Counted from the first letter of the stretch, positions 29,625 to 39,401 are shown. The stretch: 54,024 nucleotides of DNA from an uncultured bacterium (GCA_964524135.1 CAZGBZ010000001.1:1-54024), one strand, 5' to 3'. Translations and numbers: made by a program. Notes: generated by a model from the sequence alone, not told the origin.

Positions 29625-30477
29625 AATCCCTCAACACTTCATCCACCACATCATAATATTTTTTCCCTTGCTTTATTTTTACTGCTATAGTTTTAGGGTC
29701 ATGATAAAACCAAAGCCACCAATTATTATCTGCTGCTTCTTTTAGAAATATTGTCTTTTCTTCCAAAGTAAGAACAGCATTTAAATCATAGCCCATAATC
29801 CAAGGGAGCTTGATATGAGATCGTAATGGAATTAAATCAGAACAAAATATAAGCGTATCCCCTTCGCTGTCTATCTTGATTAATTGCTGCCCAGTAGTAT
29901 GTCCGTTTACAGAAATAGTTGAGATCCCATCGATTATTAATGAATTATCAGAAACCAATTCCAACACCCCTGCTTTTTCAAGAGGAGCATAATTAAAATC
30001 CAGATAACTGGCACTGTCTCTTGGACTTGGATTCATTCCTGCCTCCCAGTTGGTGTCCGACACATAATAAACTGCATTTGGAAAAGCTGGGACTAAATTG
30101 TCATTCTCATCCAAAATGATTGCACCACCAGAATGATCAAAATGGAGATGAGTAAGTATCATATGTGTGATATCCTCCATTTTATACCCAATTTCACCTA
30201 ACCGTTCTCTTAATGGATGATTGGACTGCTGTACATGAAACATATTTGCAAATTTTTCTGTAAGCTTATCTCCCATTCCAGTTTCTATAAGAACTATATT
30301 TTCGCCGTCATCTAATAAAAGGCATCGAAGAGCTAAATCAATACGGTTTAATTCATCAGCAGGATTTGTTTTCTCCCAAAGCACCTTGGGTACCGATCCC
30401 ATCATGGCACCACCATCTAAACGAAAATCACCAGTTTCTAATGGAAATATTTTCCATTTTCCAATATGGTTTAGCAT
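29617..30477 (-). CDS. MBL-fold metallo-hydrolase (YtnP-like)
   Basis: LDGGAMMG, THLHFDH, GHT, MGYD, YHD. Confidence 0.92.
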   Translation of the reverse strand: MLNHIGKWKIFPLETGDFRLDGGAMMGSVPKVLWEKTNPADELNRIDLALRCLLLDDGENIVLIETGMGDKLTEKFANMFHVQQSNHPLRERLGEIGYKMEDITHMILTHLHFDHSGGAIILDENDNLVPAFPNAVYYVSDTNWEAGMNPSPRDSASYLDFNYAPLEKAGVLELVSDNSLIIDGISTISVNGHTTGQQLIKIDSEGDTLIFCSDLIPLRSHIKLPWIMGYDLNAVLTLEEKTIFLKEAADNNWWLWFYHDPKTIAVKIKQGKKYYDVVDEVLRDFD

Positions 30478-31325
30478 GCTGTTTTTATGTGAGAATTGAT
30501 TATTTTTTCCATAAACCAGTCATTTTGTTTAGCTGGATATCTAACAGCAGCTCTCACCGCATCCAATCGTAATATTAATTCAGGATAAAATTCTTCCATA
30601 GGCAATTCAGATAAAAATGTCCATACCCCCATTTCTCCTTTTTCCTGAATTAAATCAACTAAACTTTGAGGAATAAAATTATAACCATCTTCTGATAATC
30701 CCAGCTTTGCAGATTCCACCAATTCTATTAGCGAGGGAATGATTTTATGTGACCGCAGCATCTCAGCATTGAGAATTTGATTTTGATAACAAATCAATTC
30801 AAATTGATAAGTTTTTTTATTCTGTTTTCTATCCATAAGGCAAGAGATTCCCAATTTAATTAATGAAAATTGGTTTTCATTTTCAGTATGTCTTATAGTT
30901 TTAAATATATGCCAGCAAAATAAAAACTGAAAAGGTGATTTTAACGTGGCAAGTTCCAATAAATATTCAGAAATATATTCCTGATTAGCAACTTGAATTA
31001 AATAATTGAGATATTCGAAAGCTTTCGATTTATTATTAGAATTGACAAAATCTCCTAATTTTGATATTTCAATTACTTCAGGTGCTTCACGCTTTATATT
31101 TTTATAATCCTCCTTCTTTTCTAAGGAAAATTCTTTCACGTACCTTTCCAGCCATTTCAATAAGTTTTTAGGGGGAATATTAGGATTGATCCCAATTAAT
31201 GATTTTCCAGCTTGAACAACCGGTATAAGATGTTTTTGACTATATGGAACTTGGGAAGCAAAATTGAACAGGGTATCCAGATGAACTTTTAGTTCATTTA
31301 TTTTTAGAGTAGTTTCAACCGCCAT
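30471..31325 (-). CDS. Hypothetical protein
   Basis: 284-aa ORF overlapping both neighbours; no motif recognised. Confidence 0.7.
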   Translation of the reverse strand: MAVETTLKINELKVHLDTLFNFASQVPYSQKHLIPVVQAGKSLIGINPNIPPKNLLKWLERYVKEFSLEKKEDYKNIKREAPEVIEISKLGDFVNSNNKSKAFEYLNYLIQVANQEYISEYLLELATLKSPFQFLFCWHIFKTIRHTENENQFSLIKLGISCLMDRKQNKKTYQFELICYQNQILNAEMLRSHKIIPSLIELVESAKLGLSEDGYNFIPQSLVDLIQEKGEMGVWTFLSELPMEEFYPELILRLDAVRAAVRYPAKQNDWFMEKIINSHIKTAC

Positions 31326-31788
31326 AGGTCCAGCCAGTTTTTCTTAATTCCAGGGGATTAGAATCATTATTAACTACCGCATCAACCACTTCTGCTAAAA
31401 ACAGTGGATGGTCTCCCTTCTCTAATACCTCCATCACTTTGCATTGGAGATAAGCAGGAACACCCTCAATTAGAGGTAATTCATTATGTAATCTAAATTC
31501 ATGTCCATTTAATTTTCCATCTTCTAACAAAGTGGATTTAAAAAATGAGGAAGCTAAATCTGTTTGGTTTTCTCCTAATAGATGAAGAATAAATTCACCT
31601 CTCTTTTTGACAATTTCATAGGAGGCGCTTCCCCGTTTAATGCAGACTGAAATCAGCGGCGGGTCAAAGGATGCCTGGCTTACCCAGGTAACGGTTGAGA
31701 CACAATATTCATCTTCATTCATAGAGGAGAGAACATATACGCCGTACGACAACATACGTAAAGATTGCTTTCTGTAAATTTCATTCAT
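31315..31788 (-). CDS. Flavin reductase-like family protein
   Basis: YGVYVL, QASFDPPL, GDHPLFLAEV. Confidence 0.9.
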   Translation of the reverse strand: MNEIYRKQSLRMLSYGVYVLSSMNEDEYCVSTVTWVSQASFDPPLISVCIKRGSASYEIVKKRGEFILHLLGENQTDLASSFFKSTLLEDGKLNGHEFRLHNELPLIEGVPAYLQCKVMEVLEKGDHPLFLAEVVDAVVNNDSNPLELRKTGWTYGG

Positions 31789-32043
31789 AATATTATTCTA
31801 GTTATTTTTCCTATTATTCCGGGCTTCAAATTTACTCTTTAATTTTCAACCCTGAAAAATGATTTCGCTCAAATAACCAATGAATATGTAAATTGATACC
31901 AAATTTATAATAATTATTTAAAACGTAAATATCAAATAGAACGTAAGTTAGAATGTAATTACGTATTACATAATTACATATTTTATTGGATATAATACCT
32001 CTTATTTTCAAACTTATAAACATCGCCAGAGTACTAAATTAAT

Positions 32044-32739
32044 ATGCCCCAAGCTGGAATACATGCCGCTGTTGGTAATCAGTTTCAACGATTTCTCCCT
32101 CCTAATTCGAGACTTATTCCGGCAATAATATTTGGAGCAATTTTACCAGACTTAGATGTAATTGCCGTTGCAATCGGTTCACTATTTTACCCTATCCATC
32201 AGGCAGAGCAGATTTTTCACCGTACATTCTCTCACAGCTTTTTCACCCTGATTTTAATTTACCTTCTATTTGCAATTTGGGGAGAATGGAAAAATAATTC
32301 CACAATGAAATCAGTTGGAAAGGGGTTGGTACTGGGAATGATAACCCATATTGTAATAGACACCTTTTTCTGGTTTCGTGAAATCCACTTTCTCTGGCCC
32401 CTGCCCATTGCGCCTTTCAATTTGTGGAAAATTTGGTCAGCGCCTGAATGGTTTCATAGGAGCATGCTAGTATTAGAATTCTTCTGTTTCCGCTGGTATG
32501 CTTGGTTCCTCATTCAAAAACATCTTCAAAATCCAAATCGATTATCGTGGATCGTTTCCTATCTGAATAACTGGAAAAATATTGAATCTGTTTTATTCCT
32601 ACTTTTTGTTTTACTGGGATTATTGAATCCCCAATTTTTCAAAATTCTTTTTGGAGCAGCTTATATTCCCTCTCTCATTATAGCGCTATGGTCAACCTAT
32701 ATGAGCAGGGGTGCATTGGAAAATAAACATAATGTTTAA
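32044..32739 (+). CDS. Membrane-bound metal-dependent hydrolase (YdjM-like)
   Basis: N-terminal His, LPDLD, HRTFSHS, HIVID, LWP. Confidence 0.85.
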   Translation: MPQAGIHAAVGNQFQRFLPPNSRLIPAIIFGAILPDLDVIAVAIGSLFYPIHQAEQIFHRTFSHSFFTLILIYLLFAIWGEWKNNSTMKSVGKGLVLGMITHIVIDTFFWFREIHFLWPLPIAPFNLWKIWSAPEWFHRSMLVLEFFCFRWYAWFLIQKHLQNPNRLSWIVSYLNNWKNIESVLFLLFVLLGLLNPQFFKILFGAAYIPSLIIALWSTYMSRGALENKHNV

Positions 32740-32827
32740 ATTTAACATGTAATTATTGAATTCATAATATTTATCTGTTTTAAATTGAAATACCGTAACA
32801 CTTAATAATTCACGAATAATAGATTTA

Positions 32828-34078
32828 ATGGAAACCATTTCTACTTTTGTATTCTCTATTGGGCTGATTATATTTGCAGCCCATTTTTTCACGGCATTAT
32901 TTGAACGTACCCGCGTGCCAGATGTGCTGCCCCTGATTATTATCGGGATACTCATTGGCCCCATGTTTGGCATACTCGCTCCTGATGATTTTGGTTATGT
33001 GGGTCCACTTCTCAGTGCGGTGGCTTTAGTGCTCATGCTGTTTGAAGGAGGAAGCCATTTAACCCTGGATACCCTAAGAACATCCCTGAAGGACTGTGTT
33101 GTCCTCACCTTGGCTACTTTTATTTTCACAGTACTTTTAACCGCCGGAGTAGCACTTTACATATTGGGCATGGACATAATGCCAGCTCTGTTTATTGGTG
33201 TTGTTTTAGGGAGCATATCTCCAGCAGTCGTGGTTCCCATCGTTCGTATGTTAGGTCTTTCCGAAAACACAAAATCAACCTTGGTTGTTGAATCCGCCAT
33301 TACGGATGTTCTCAGCATTATCATTGCTTTGGGAATTCTAAAAACATTTCAGGCGGGACATAAAACCATCATGGAATTTATCGGTACCAATCTGATTGCC
33401 ACAATGGCAATGTCCTTGGTTGTTGGATTTGCTGGTGCGGTAATATGGTCAACAATTTTAGAAAAAATTCGCAAATTCCCCAATACCATCTTCACCTCAT
33501 TGGCATTTATATTTTTTCTGTATGGATTATCTGAAATTCTGGGTTATAGCGGTCCCATTTCAGTACTGATCTTTGGAGTGGTATTGGCAAATTCAAAAAA
33601 GATACCTCTCAATATTGTACAGAAGTTCGGTGCTGACCATTTAACGGAATTTACAAGTATTGAGAAAACACTATTTTCTGAAGTCATATTTCTGGTAAAA
33701 ACCTTCTTTTTTATTTTTCTGGGGATGTCCATTCAATTTGGGAATTTCAAGATTCTGTTTATGGGAATCTTGCTGACACTTCTCATCTATGGAGGACGAT
33801 TGCTCCTAAGCCGCTTACTCATTTCTAAAGAGACATCTAACAGTGAAGCTGCCATGATATCGTTTATCATTCCAAAAGGGCTGGCAGCCGCAGTACTGGC
33901 GGAAGTCCCCATGCACATGAGCCTTCCGACAGGAATCGAAGAAACATTTATTGAAATTAGAGCGGTAGTTTATATGGTGATTTTATTTAGTATTCTGCTC
34001 ACCTCCATTCTGATTTACAGTCAGGGGAATGGATTCACCCGGGGACTTTACGAAAGATATTTTTCGAAATCCACCTAA
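32828..34078 (+). CDS. Cation:proton antiporter (NhaP/CPA1-like)
   Basis: Many TM helices; LFEGG, ESAITD, PKGLAAAVLA. Confidence 0.9.
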   Translation: METISTFVFSIGLIIFAAHFFTALFERTRVPDVLPLIIIGILIGPMFGILAPDDFGYVGPLLSAVALVLMLFEGGSHLTLDTLRTSLKDCVVLTLATFIFTVLLTAGVALYILGMDIMPALFIGVVLGSISPAVVVPIVRMLGLSENTKSTLVVESAITDVLSIIIALGILKTFQAGHKTIMEFIGTNLIATMAMSLVVGFAGAVIWSTILEKIRKFPNTIFTSLAFIFFLYGLSEILGYSGPISVLIFGVVLANSKKIPLNIVQKFGADHLTEFTSIEKTLFSEVIFLVKTFFFIFLGMSIQFGNFKILFMGILLTLLIYGGRLLLSRLLISKETSNSEAAMISFIIPKGLAAAVLAEVPMHMSLPTGIEETFIEIRAVVYMVILFSILLTSILIYSQGNGFTRGLYERYFSKST

Positions 34079-34129
34079 AACAGTTGGGGTTCGAAAAATC
34101 ACTGCCAGCTTATTATATTTAATTAGTTA

Positions 34130-34576
34130 CTAATTTACTTTTACCCATACTCCTCTTTTTTCCTGCCAGCCATAACGTTCAGCACCTTCCTCTTTATGAA
34201 CAGAAATTTCCGTCACAGACAGGTCATCGGTCGATTTGCCATTCATGAAAATATCAAGGTCATAGACCTTCCCATTTGAAGCCTGAAAATCAGCGCATGC
34301 AAAATAGGTATCATTTCCTAATCCCGTTAGACGATCCATGTGAATTTTAAGAAGATCCAGCTGCAATACTTCATTAGCTGATGCATCATAAACCATGAAC
34401 TTACCGCCTTTTAATTTTGCATCACTGGCAATAAACTCGGCAACAGCTTTCCCAACAGCCTGTGCAGAAACTTCCGCAGTCTTTTTACTTGGATGTTCTG
34501 GGTGTTCAGGATGTTCTCCCATAAAAGACAATGATACCATTAAAATACTATAATAAATAATCGAAAAATAATTCAT
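34130..34576 (-). CDS. Secreted hypothetical protein with EHP triplet repeat
   Basis: Signal-like N-terminus, GEHPEHPEHP, YFACADF, YDLD. Confidence 0.75.
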   Translation of the reverse strand: MNYFSIIYYSILMVSLSFMGEHPEHPEHPSKKTAEVSAQAVGKAVAEFIASDAKLKGGKFMVYDASANEVLQLDLLKIHMDRLTGLGNDTYFACADFQASNGKVYDLDIFMNGKSTDDLSVTEISVHKEEGAERYGWQEKRGVWVKVN

Positions 34577-34750
34577 ATTTTACTCCATTTAATACCTTGA
34601 TTGACCCCGTAGTTTACTCAATGATTAAAACTAAATAAAATAAAAATCATATTTATTTTCATCTGAAAAATTGTAAGGTCAATGCAATCATAATACATTA
34701 ACTTTCCCATCTTACATTTTATTATTATTTAATAATTTATCAATATATCA

Positions 34751-35956
34751 ATGCCTAAGACGAATTATTCCAGCGGAAATCCAACAGCTAAATCAGATTT
34801 TTATGTAGAATTCACACCTGCCAATTCAGGTGGAATAAAAATTGATATCCAATCTAAAACAAAGGTTCTTCATCTTTCGAAATTAGAAAGTACTACTCAA
34901 AAGACACTTACTAACCTGGAAATAAAACATGGAAAACTTTCTGTAATTGATAATGGTGGACAGTATTTTGTTTTGCAGGCTAGAATTGAAGCAGTAGTAA
35001 AAGCGCCTCACCCCGGATTAACCAATGAATCCCTGCCTCCAATGAAGAATCAATCATGCTATAAATCCAAACGGGATAGGTTCCGTCGCAGCCGTTTATA
35101 TTTGCCAGGAATACAAGCAAAACTCATGCTCAATGCGGGTATCCACCAGCCGGATGCAATTATTCTCGATTTGGAGGATTCTGTTGCTTCATCTGAAAAA
35201 GATGCTGCCCGCTTAATTGTACGAAATGCACTACGCACACTGGACTTTTTCGGTGCTGAAAGAATGGTTCGCATTAATCAGGGAAAACTGGGATTAAAGG
35301 ATTTGGAAGCCGTCATTCCTCACAATGTTCACCTCATATTGGTTCCTAAGGTGGAAAATGCCAAACAGCTAAAAGCAGTTGATGATAAGATTAATAATAT
35401 TTGTGAAAAATGCGGTCGGAAAGAACCGGTGTATCTCATGCCCATTCTGGAAAGTGCTAAAGGAATATTAAACTCACTGGAAATAGCCCAAGCCAGTAAA
35501 AATAATGTGGCTTTAGCCATTGGACTAGAAGATTATACTGCCGATATTGGTGTACAACGGACGAATCAGGGACGGGAGTCATTATTTGCCCGTAGCCAAG
35601 TAGTAAATGCTGCCCGATCAACCAGCATTCAAGCTATTGACACCGTTTTCAGTGATGTAAGTGATGAGAAAGGTTTGAGAGCCTCAGTTCAAGAAGCCAA
35701 AGAGTTAGGGTTTGATGGTAAAGGGTGCATACACCCCCGGCAAATTAAACCTATTCATGAAGAATTTGCACCATCTCAATTTGAAATTGAAAAAGCCAAA
35801 AAGATTGTGCTTGCTTTTGATAAAGCAGAGAAAAAAGGGTTAGGCGTGGTGTCACTTGGGAGTAAAATGATTGATCCACCTGTAGTAAAACGGGCTCTCC
35901 AAACAGTTGATTTGGCAATAGCAAATAAATTACTCAAGAAAAATTGGAAGAAATGA
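34751..35956 (+). CDS. citE: Citrate lyase ACP (CitD-like) fused to citryl-CoA lyase beta subunit (CitE-like)
   Basis: The first ~85 aa have SD...IDIQS...DNG...LQARIE (CitD pattern). The rest has RRSRLYLPG, LDLEDSV, VRIN, PKVE, ESAKG, GKGCIHPRQ, MIDPP. Confidence 0.88.
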   Translation: MPKTNYSSGNPTAKSDFYVEFTPANSGGIKIDIQSKTKVLHLSKLESTTQKTLTNLEIKHGKLSVIDNGGQYFVLQARIEAVVKAPHPGLTNESLPPMKNQSCYKSKRDRFRRSRLYLPGIQAKLMLNAGIHQPDAIILDLEDSVASSEKDAARLIVRNALRTLDFFGAERMVRINQGKLGLKDLEAVIPHNVHLILVPKVENAKQLKAVDDKINNICEKCGRKEPVYLMPILESAKGILNSLEIAQASKNNVALAIGLEDYTADIGVQRTNQGRESLFARSQVVNAARSTSIQAIDTVFSDVSDEKGLRASVQEAKELGFDGKGCIHPRQIKPIHEEFAPSQFEIEKAKKIVLAFDKAEKKGLGVVSLGSKMIDPPVVKRALQTVDLAIANKLLKKNWKK

Positions 35957-35960
35957 ATAT

Positions 35961-35988
35961 AACCACGAATTTCACCAATTTACACGAA
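35961..35988 (+). repeat. Left arm of periodic inverted-repeat pair (site 1)
   Basis: AACCACGAAT-TTCACCAAT-TTACACGAA, 4 bp after the citE stop. Confidence 0.8.
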
Positions 35989-35990
35989 AA

Positions 35991-36686
35991 ATGAGAGACC
36001 AAATAATAAGTTACCGTGAAATGTGTGATTTGGAAAGTGTACAGACTCTTCAACGGGGAATGAACTATAAAATAAATAAAATCTATTCTGTAATATTGAT
36101 GTCTCAAAGAAAAAATGCACCTTACAAAGATTGTATAGCTAAAGATGGTATTACAATTGAATATGAAGGACACGACCTGCCAAAAACAGGTGTAGATTTC
36201 AATCCTAAAAGTGTTGATCAACCTATTAAAACAAAAACAGGACAATTCACTCAAAATGGTAAGTTTGTCAACGCTGTGGAAAATTACTTAAATGGCAAAC
36301 AAAATGTTGAAACTGTAAGGGTTTACGAAAAACTGCTGCCCGGAATATGGAGTGATAAGGGATTTTTCAATCTAATTGATTACAAAACTGTTAAGAGTAA
36401 TAACAGAAGGGTTTTTAGATTTATTTTACGGGAAGCTGACTTTGAATTTGATACTTCAGATTTGATGAAAAAAATAATTAGACCAAGAACAAGAATCATT
36501 CCCAGTGAAATAAAGAAGAAAGTTTGGGCAAGGGACAAAGGTCAATGTGTGATTTGTGGAAAATCAGACGAATTACATTTTGACCATGATTTACCCTATT
36601 CCAAGGGAGGATCAAGTGTAACTGTAAGAAATGTCAGAATTTTATGTGCGAGACATAATCTTGAAAAATCAAACAAAATCCAATAA
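35991..36686 (+). CDS. SRA/PUA-like domain + HNH endonuclease (putative modification-dependent restriction enzyme)
   Basis: YKD...IEYEGHD...DQP...VRVYEK...G (SRA-like); RDKGQCVIC, HFDHDLPYSKGG, NVRILCARHN (HNH). Confidence 0.8.
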   Translation: MRDQIISYREMCDLESVQTLQRGMNYKINKIYSVILMSQRKNAPYKDCIAKDGITIEYEGHDLPKTGVDFNPKSVDQPIKTKTGQFTQNGKFVNAVENYLNGKQNVETVRVYEKLLPGIWSDKGFFNLIDYKTVKSNNRRVFRFILREADFEFDTSDLMKKIIRPRTRIIPSEIKKKVWARDKGQCVICGKSDELHFDHDLPYSKGGSSVTVRNVRILCARHNLEKSNKIQ

Positions 36687-36713
36687 TTAGCGCAATTCGT
36701 GTAATTCGCGGTT
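36686..36713 (+). repeat. Right arm of periodic inverted-repeat pair (site 1)
   Basis: ATTAGCGCA-ATTCGTGTA-ATTCGCGGTT; its reverse complement matches the left arm at 16 of the first 19 nt. Confidence 0.8.
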
Positions 36714-36721
36714 AATTAAAA

Positions 36722-38290
36722 ATGGGACTGAAATTGAAATTACTTAAAAACAAATCTGGGCGATTGGTGCCAGAAATGGTGAACGGAGTAAAATCCATTC
36801 CCTTTAAAGGCGTAGGCAAACACTCACCCAAGGGAGTTAAAGCAGCTCCCCCAATCCGAGTATGTCAGGAATTTCCATCTTCAGGCAATAAAGTGGTATC
36901 TTCTTTAAAGGAAGCTTTAGAAAAATGTAACATTAAAAATGGTATGACCATTTCCAACCATCATCACTTCAGAAATGGTGATTTAGTAATGAATGAAGTT
37001 TTTGATATTCTTGCCAAATCTGGTAAAAAGAATCTGCGCTGGTTTCCCTCTGCCTCATTTCCCTGCCATAAACCCATGATTAACCACATGGAAAGCGGCG
37101 TTATAAGTCACATTGAAGGATCAATGAATGGTCCACTTGGAAAATATGCCTCCGATGGTAAAATGAACGGGTTGGCTGTTCTTCGCTCTCATGGTGGCAG
37201 ATGGCAGGCTGTACAGGATGGAGAAGTCCATATTGACGTGGCCATCATTGCTGCCCCCACTGCTGATCCCTTTGGCAACTGCACAGGAGACAGAGGTCCC
37301 TCTGCCTGTGGTTTGCTGGGCTTTGGACTGGTAGATTCTCTTTACGCTGACAAGGTGATAGTGGTTACGGATAATTTAGTGGACTTCCCCTGTATCCCCT
37401 GGCAGATTCAAGGCAATAATGTGGACTATGTGGTGGTGATGGACAAGATTGGTGACCCGGAGAAAATTGTGTCAGGAACAACCAAACTTACCAAATCCCC
37501 TGACCGCCTTTATATTGCTGAACTCACAGCTAAATTTGTTAAAGCTGCGGGAATAATGAAAGAGGGATTCAGTTTCCAGGCTGGCGCGGGCGGGACGGCA
37601 TTAGCTTTTGCAATTTACTTGAAAGAGATGATGATTGATGCTAATATCAAAGCTCGATTCATTAGAGGAGGATCTACCAAATATTTAGTTGAAATGCTGG
37701 AAGAAGGACTCACCGATTATATTTTAGATGGACAAACTTTTGACTTAGAAGGCGTTCGCTCCATGCGGGAAAATTTCGGCCATGTAAATACTTCCCCCTT
37801 TACCAGTTATAATTGGCATGGAAAAGGAAATTTTGCATCAATGCTGGATGCAGTAGTATTGGGTGCAACAGAAGTGGATGTAAATTTTAATGCCAATGTA
37901 GTAACCCATTCTGATGGACAAATGCTCCACGGTATTGGCGGCTGGCAGAATTGCCTTACAAGTAAATGCACCATTTTGCCTATTCCATCTTTCAGAAATC
38001 GTATTCCCATTATTGTGGATCAGGTAACAACCTTGGTTGGTCCAGGAGAACTTATTGATGTGATCGTAACAGAACGAGGGATTGCCATTAACCCCAAACG
38101 GAAAGATCTTATCAAGGCCACCAAGCGTTGTGGGCTACCCATTCGTAGGATCGAAGAGATTAAAGAAGAAGTTGACGATTTAGTAGGTGCTCCCTTGGAT
38201 AAACCAATTTTTACTGAAGAAGTTGTGGGTGTGGTCAAATGGGTAGATGGAACTGTGTTAGATTCGATTTTTAAAGTGAACTACCAATAA
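36722..38290 (+). CDS. citF: Citrate lyase alpha subunit (citrate CoA/ACP-transferase)
   Basis: ISNHHHFRNGD, RSHGGR, CGLLG, QAGAGG, LGATEVD, VTERGIAINP, DGTVLD. Confidence 0.93.
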   Translation: MGLKLKLLKNKSGRLVPEMVNGVKSIPFKGVGKHSPKGVKAAPPIRVCQEFPSSGNKVVSSLKEALEKCNIKNGMTISNHHHFRNGDLVMNEVFDILAKSGKKNLRWFPSASFPCHKPMINHMESGVISHIEGSMNGPLGKYASDGKMNGLAVLRSHGGRWQAVQDGEVHIDVAIIAAPTADPFGNCTGDRGPSACGLLGFGLVDSLYADKVIVVTDNLVDFPCIPWQIQGNNVDYVVVMDKIGDPEKIVSGTTKLTKSPDRLYIAELTAKFVKAAGIMKEGFSFQAGAGGTALAFAIYLKEMMIDANIKARFIRGGSTKYLVEMLEEGLTDYILDGQTFDLEGVRSMRENFGHVNTSPFTSYNWHGKGNFASMLDAVVLGATEVDVNFNANVVTHSDGQMLHGIGGWQNCLTSKCTILPIPSFRNRIPIIVDQVTTLVGPGELIDVIVTERGIAINPKRKDLIKATKRCGLPIRRIEEIKEEVDDLVGAPLDKPIFTEEVVGVVKWVDGTVLDSIFKVNYQ

Positions 38291-38305
38291 AAATGGAGAA
38301 TAAAC

Positions 38306-38740
38306 ATGAAAAATACTGGTAAAATTGTTGGTACCTATTTTTATATAATAGGAGCTATTCAATTAGGATTAATTCTTGGTAGTTATTTTGAAATTGTCAA
38401 TTTTTTTACGAATAAGGAATCTACCTATATAGATCTATCTTTCATTCTATTTATTTGGGCTGGGCGGAAATTATTTCAATATAATCCAAAATGGAGAACT
38501 GGATTGATTTCATTTAATAAGTTGGTTATGGGGTTGATTATTTTGAGTGTAGTTTTTGTAACAATATGGGGGTTGCCTGAGTCCTCTATTATTAGATTTG
38601 GTGGAATACCTTTTAGTTCTGAATCCGGTTCAATTGTTGGATTTTATTTGACTTCAATAGTCACTTTTATTTTAACTCTAATACCCTATTTAATATTGAA
38701 TTCAGAAACTGCAAGAAAAGAATTTGAAACTACCCACTAA
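38306..38740 (+). CDS. AT-rich membrane protein of unknown function, probable inserted cargo
   Basis: 144 aa, about 4 hydrophobic segments, GGAG SD; followed by a repeat arm. Confidence 0.7.
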   Translation: MKNTGKIVGTYFYIIGAIQLGLILGSYFEIVNFFTNKESTYIDLSFILFIWAGRKLFQYNPKWRTGLISFNKLVMGLIILSVVFVTIWGLPESSIIRFGGIPFSSESGSIVGFYLTSIVTFILTLIPYLILNSETARKEFETTH

Positions 38741-38747
38741 TTAATAA

Positions 38748-38775
38748 ATTCGTGAAATTTGGATGATTCGCGATT
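38748..38775 (+). repeat. Degenerate right arm (site 2)
   Basis: ATTCGTGAA-ATTTGGATG-ATTCGCGATT directly before the AAGGAG SD of the HD gene. Confidence 0.65.
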
Positions 38776-38788
38776 AAGAAAGGAGACT

Positions 38789-39322
38789 ATGAAAGAAAAA
38801 GTATTAGAAATTTGGCCTGAAATAAACTGGATAAAAGATGATGATTTACGATCAAAAACTTTGGATGCATGGGTGTATGCCATTGAAAACAGCCCATTGG
38901 AACCAAAAGATTTGGAAGAAATTCCGTTTTCACTACTTATCAAGGATTGTAGTGTTTCCTTTATGAATCATAAACGAACCTGTGTACAGTTAGCGGTTGA
39001 TATTGCCAAAACCATGGTAGATAATTTTGGAAAGGAAATTAAGGTTGACATGGATATAATGATTTCTGGAGCCATTCTCATTGATGTGGGTAAATTGCTA
39101 GAATACGAAATTGTAGATGGTAAGTTAGGTACCAGTGAATACGGCAAGGTAGTACGGCATCCTTTTAGTGGAGTGGCTATTGCAGCAAGGTTTGGATTGC
39201 CACCAGAAGTTCAACATATTATCGGCACCCATTCTAAAGAAGGCGACCTGGGCAAACGAACGGTTGAATCAATAATCGTACATCATGCGGACTTTGTATC
39301 ATTCGAACCTTTTAAGGCGTGA
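38789..39322 (+). CDS. HD/HDIG-superfamily protein with ID in place of HD
   Basis: ATG 38789 follows AAGGAG; NHKRT, ILIDVGK, RHPFSG, THS, HHAD. Confidence 0.8.
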   Translation: MKEKVLEIWPEINWIKDDDLRSKTLDAWVYAIENSPLEPKDLEEIPFSLLIKDCSVSFMNHKRTCVQLAVDIAKTMVDNFGKEIKVDMDIMISGAILIDVGKLLEYEIVDGKLGTSEYGKVVRHPFSGVAIAARFGLPPEVQHIIGTHSKEGDLGKRTVESIIVHHADFVSFEPFKA

Positions 39323-39391
39323 GCCGCAAAATGCGCAAAATACACAAAACTAAAATAAACAATTTCGTGAAAATTCGCGTAATTCGTGGTT
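39322..39391 (+). repeat. Empty periodic inverted-repeat site (site 3)
   Basis: Left AGCCGCAAAA-TGCGCAAAA-TACACAAAA (39322-39349), 13-bp spacer, right TTTCGTGAAA-ATTCGCGTA-ATTCGTGGTT (39363-39391). Confidence 0.75.
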
Positions 39392-39401
39392 AATAAAAAT
39401 T

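Noticed and set aside
35961..36713. HNH unit as an IS element or intron
   Set aside because: There is no transposase motif, target duplication or intron-sized structured RNA, and the unit is intergenic.
38759..38788. Upstream TTG starts for the HD gene (38759) and the dehydrogenase (41457)
   Set aside because: They fall inside repeat arms; the SD-preceded ATGs at 38789 and 41481 are better supported.
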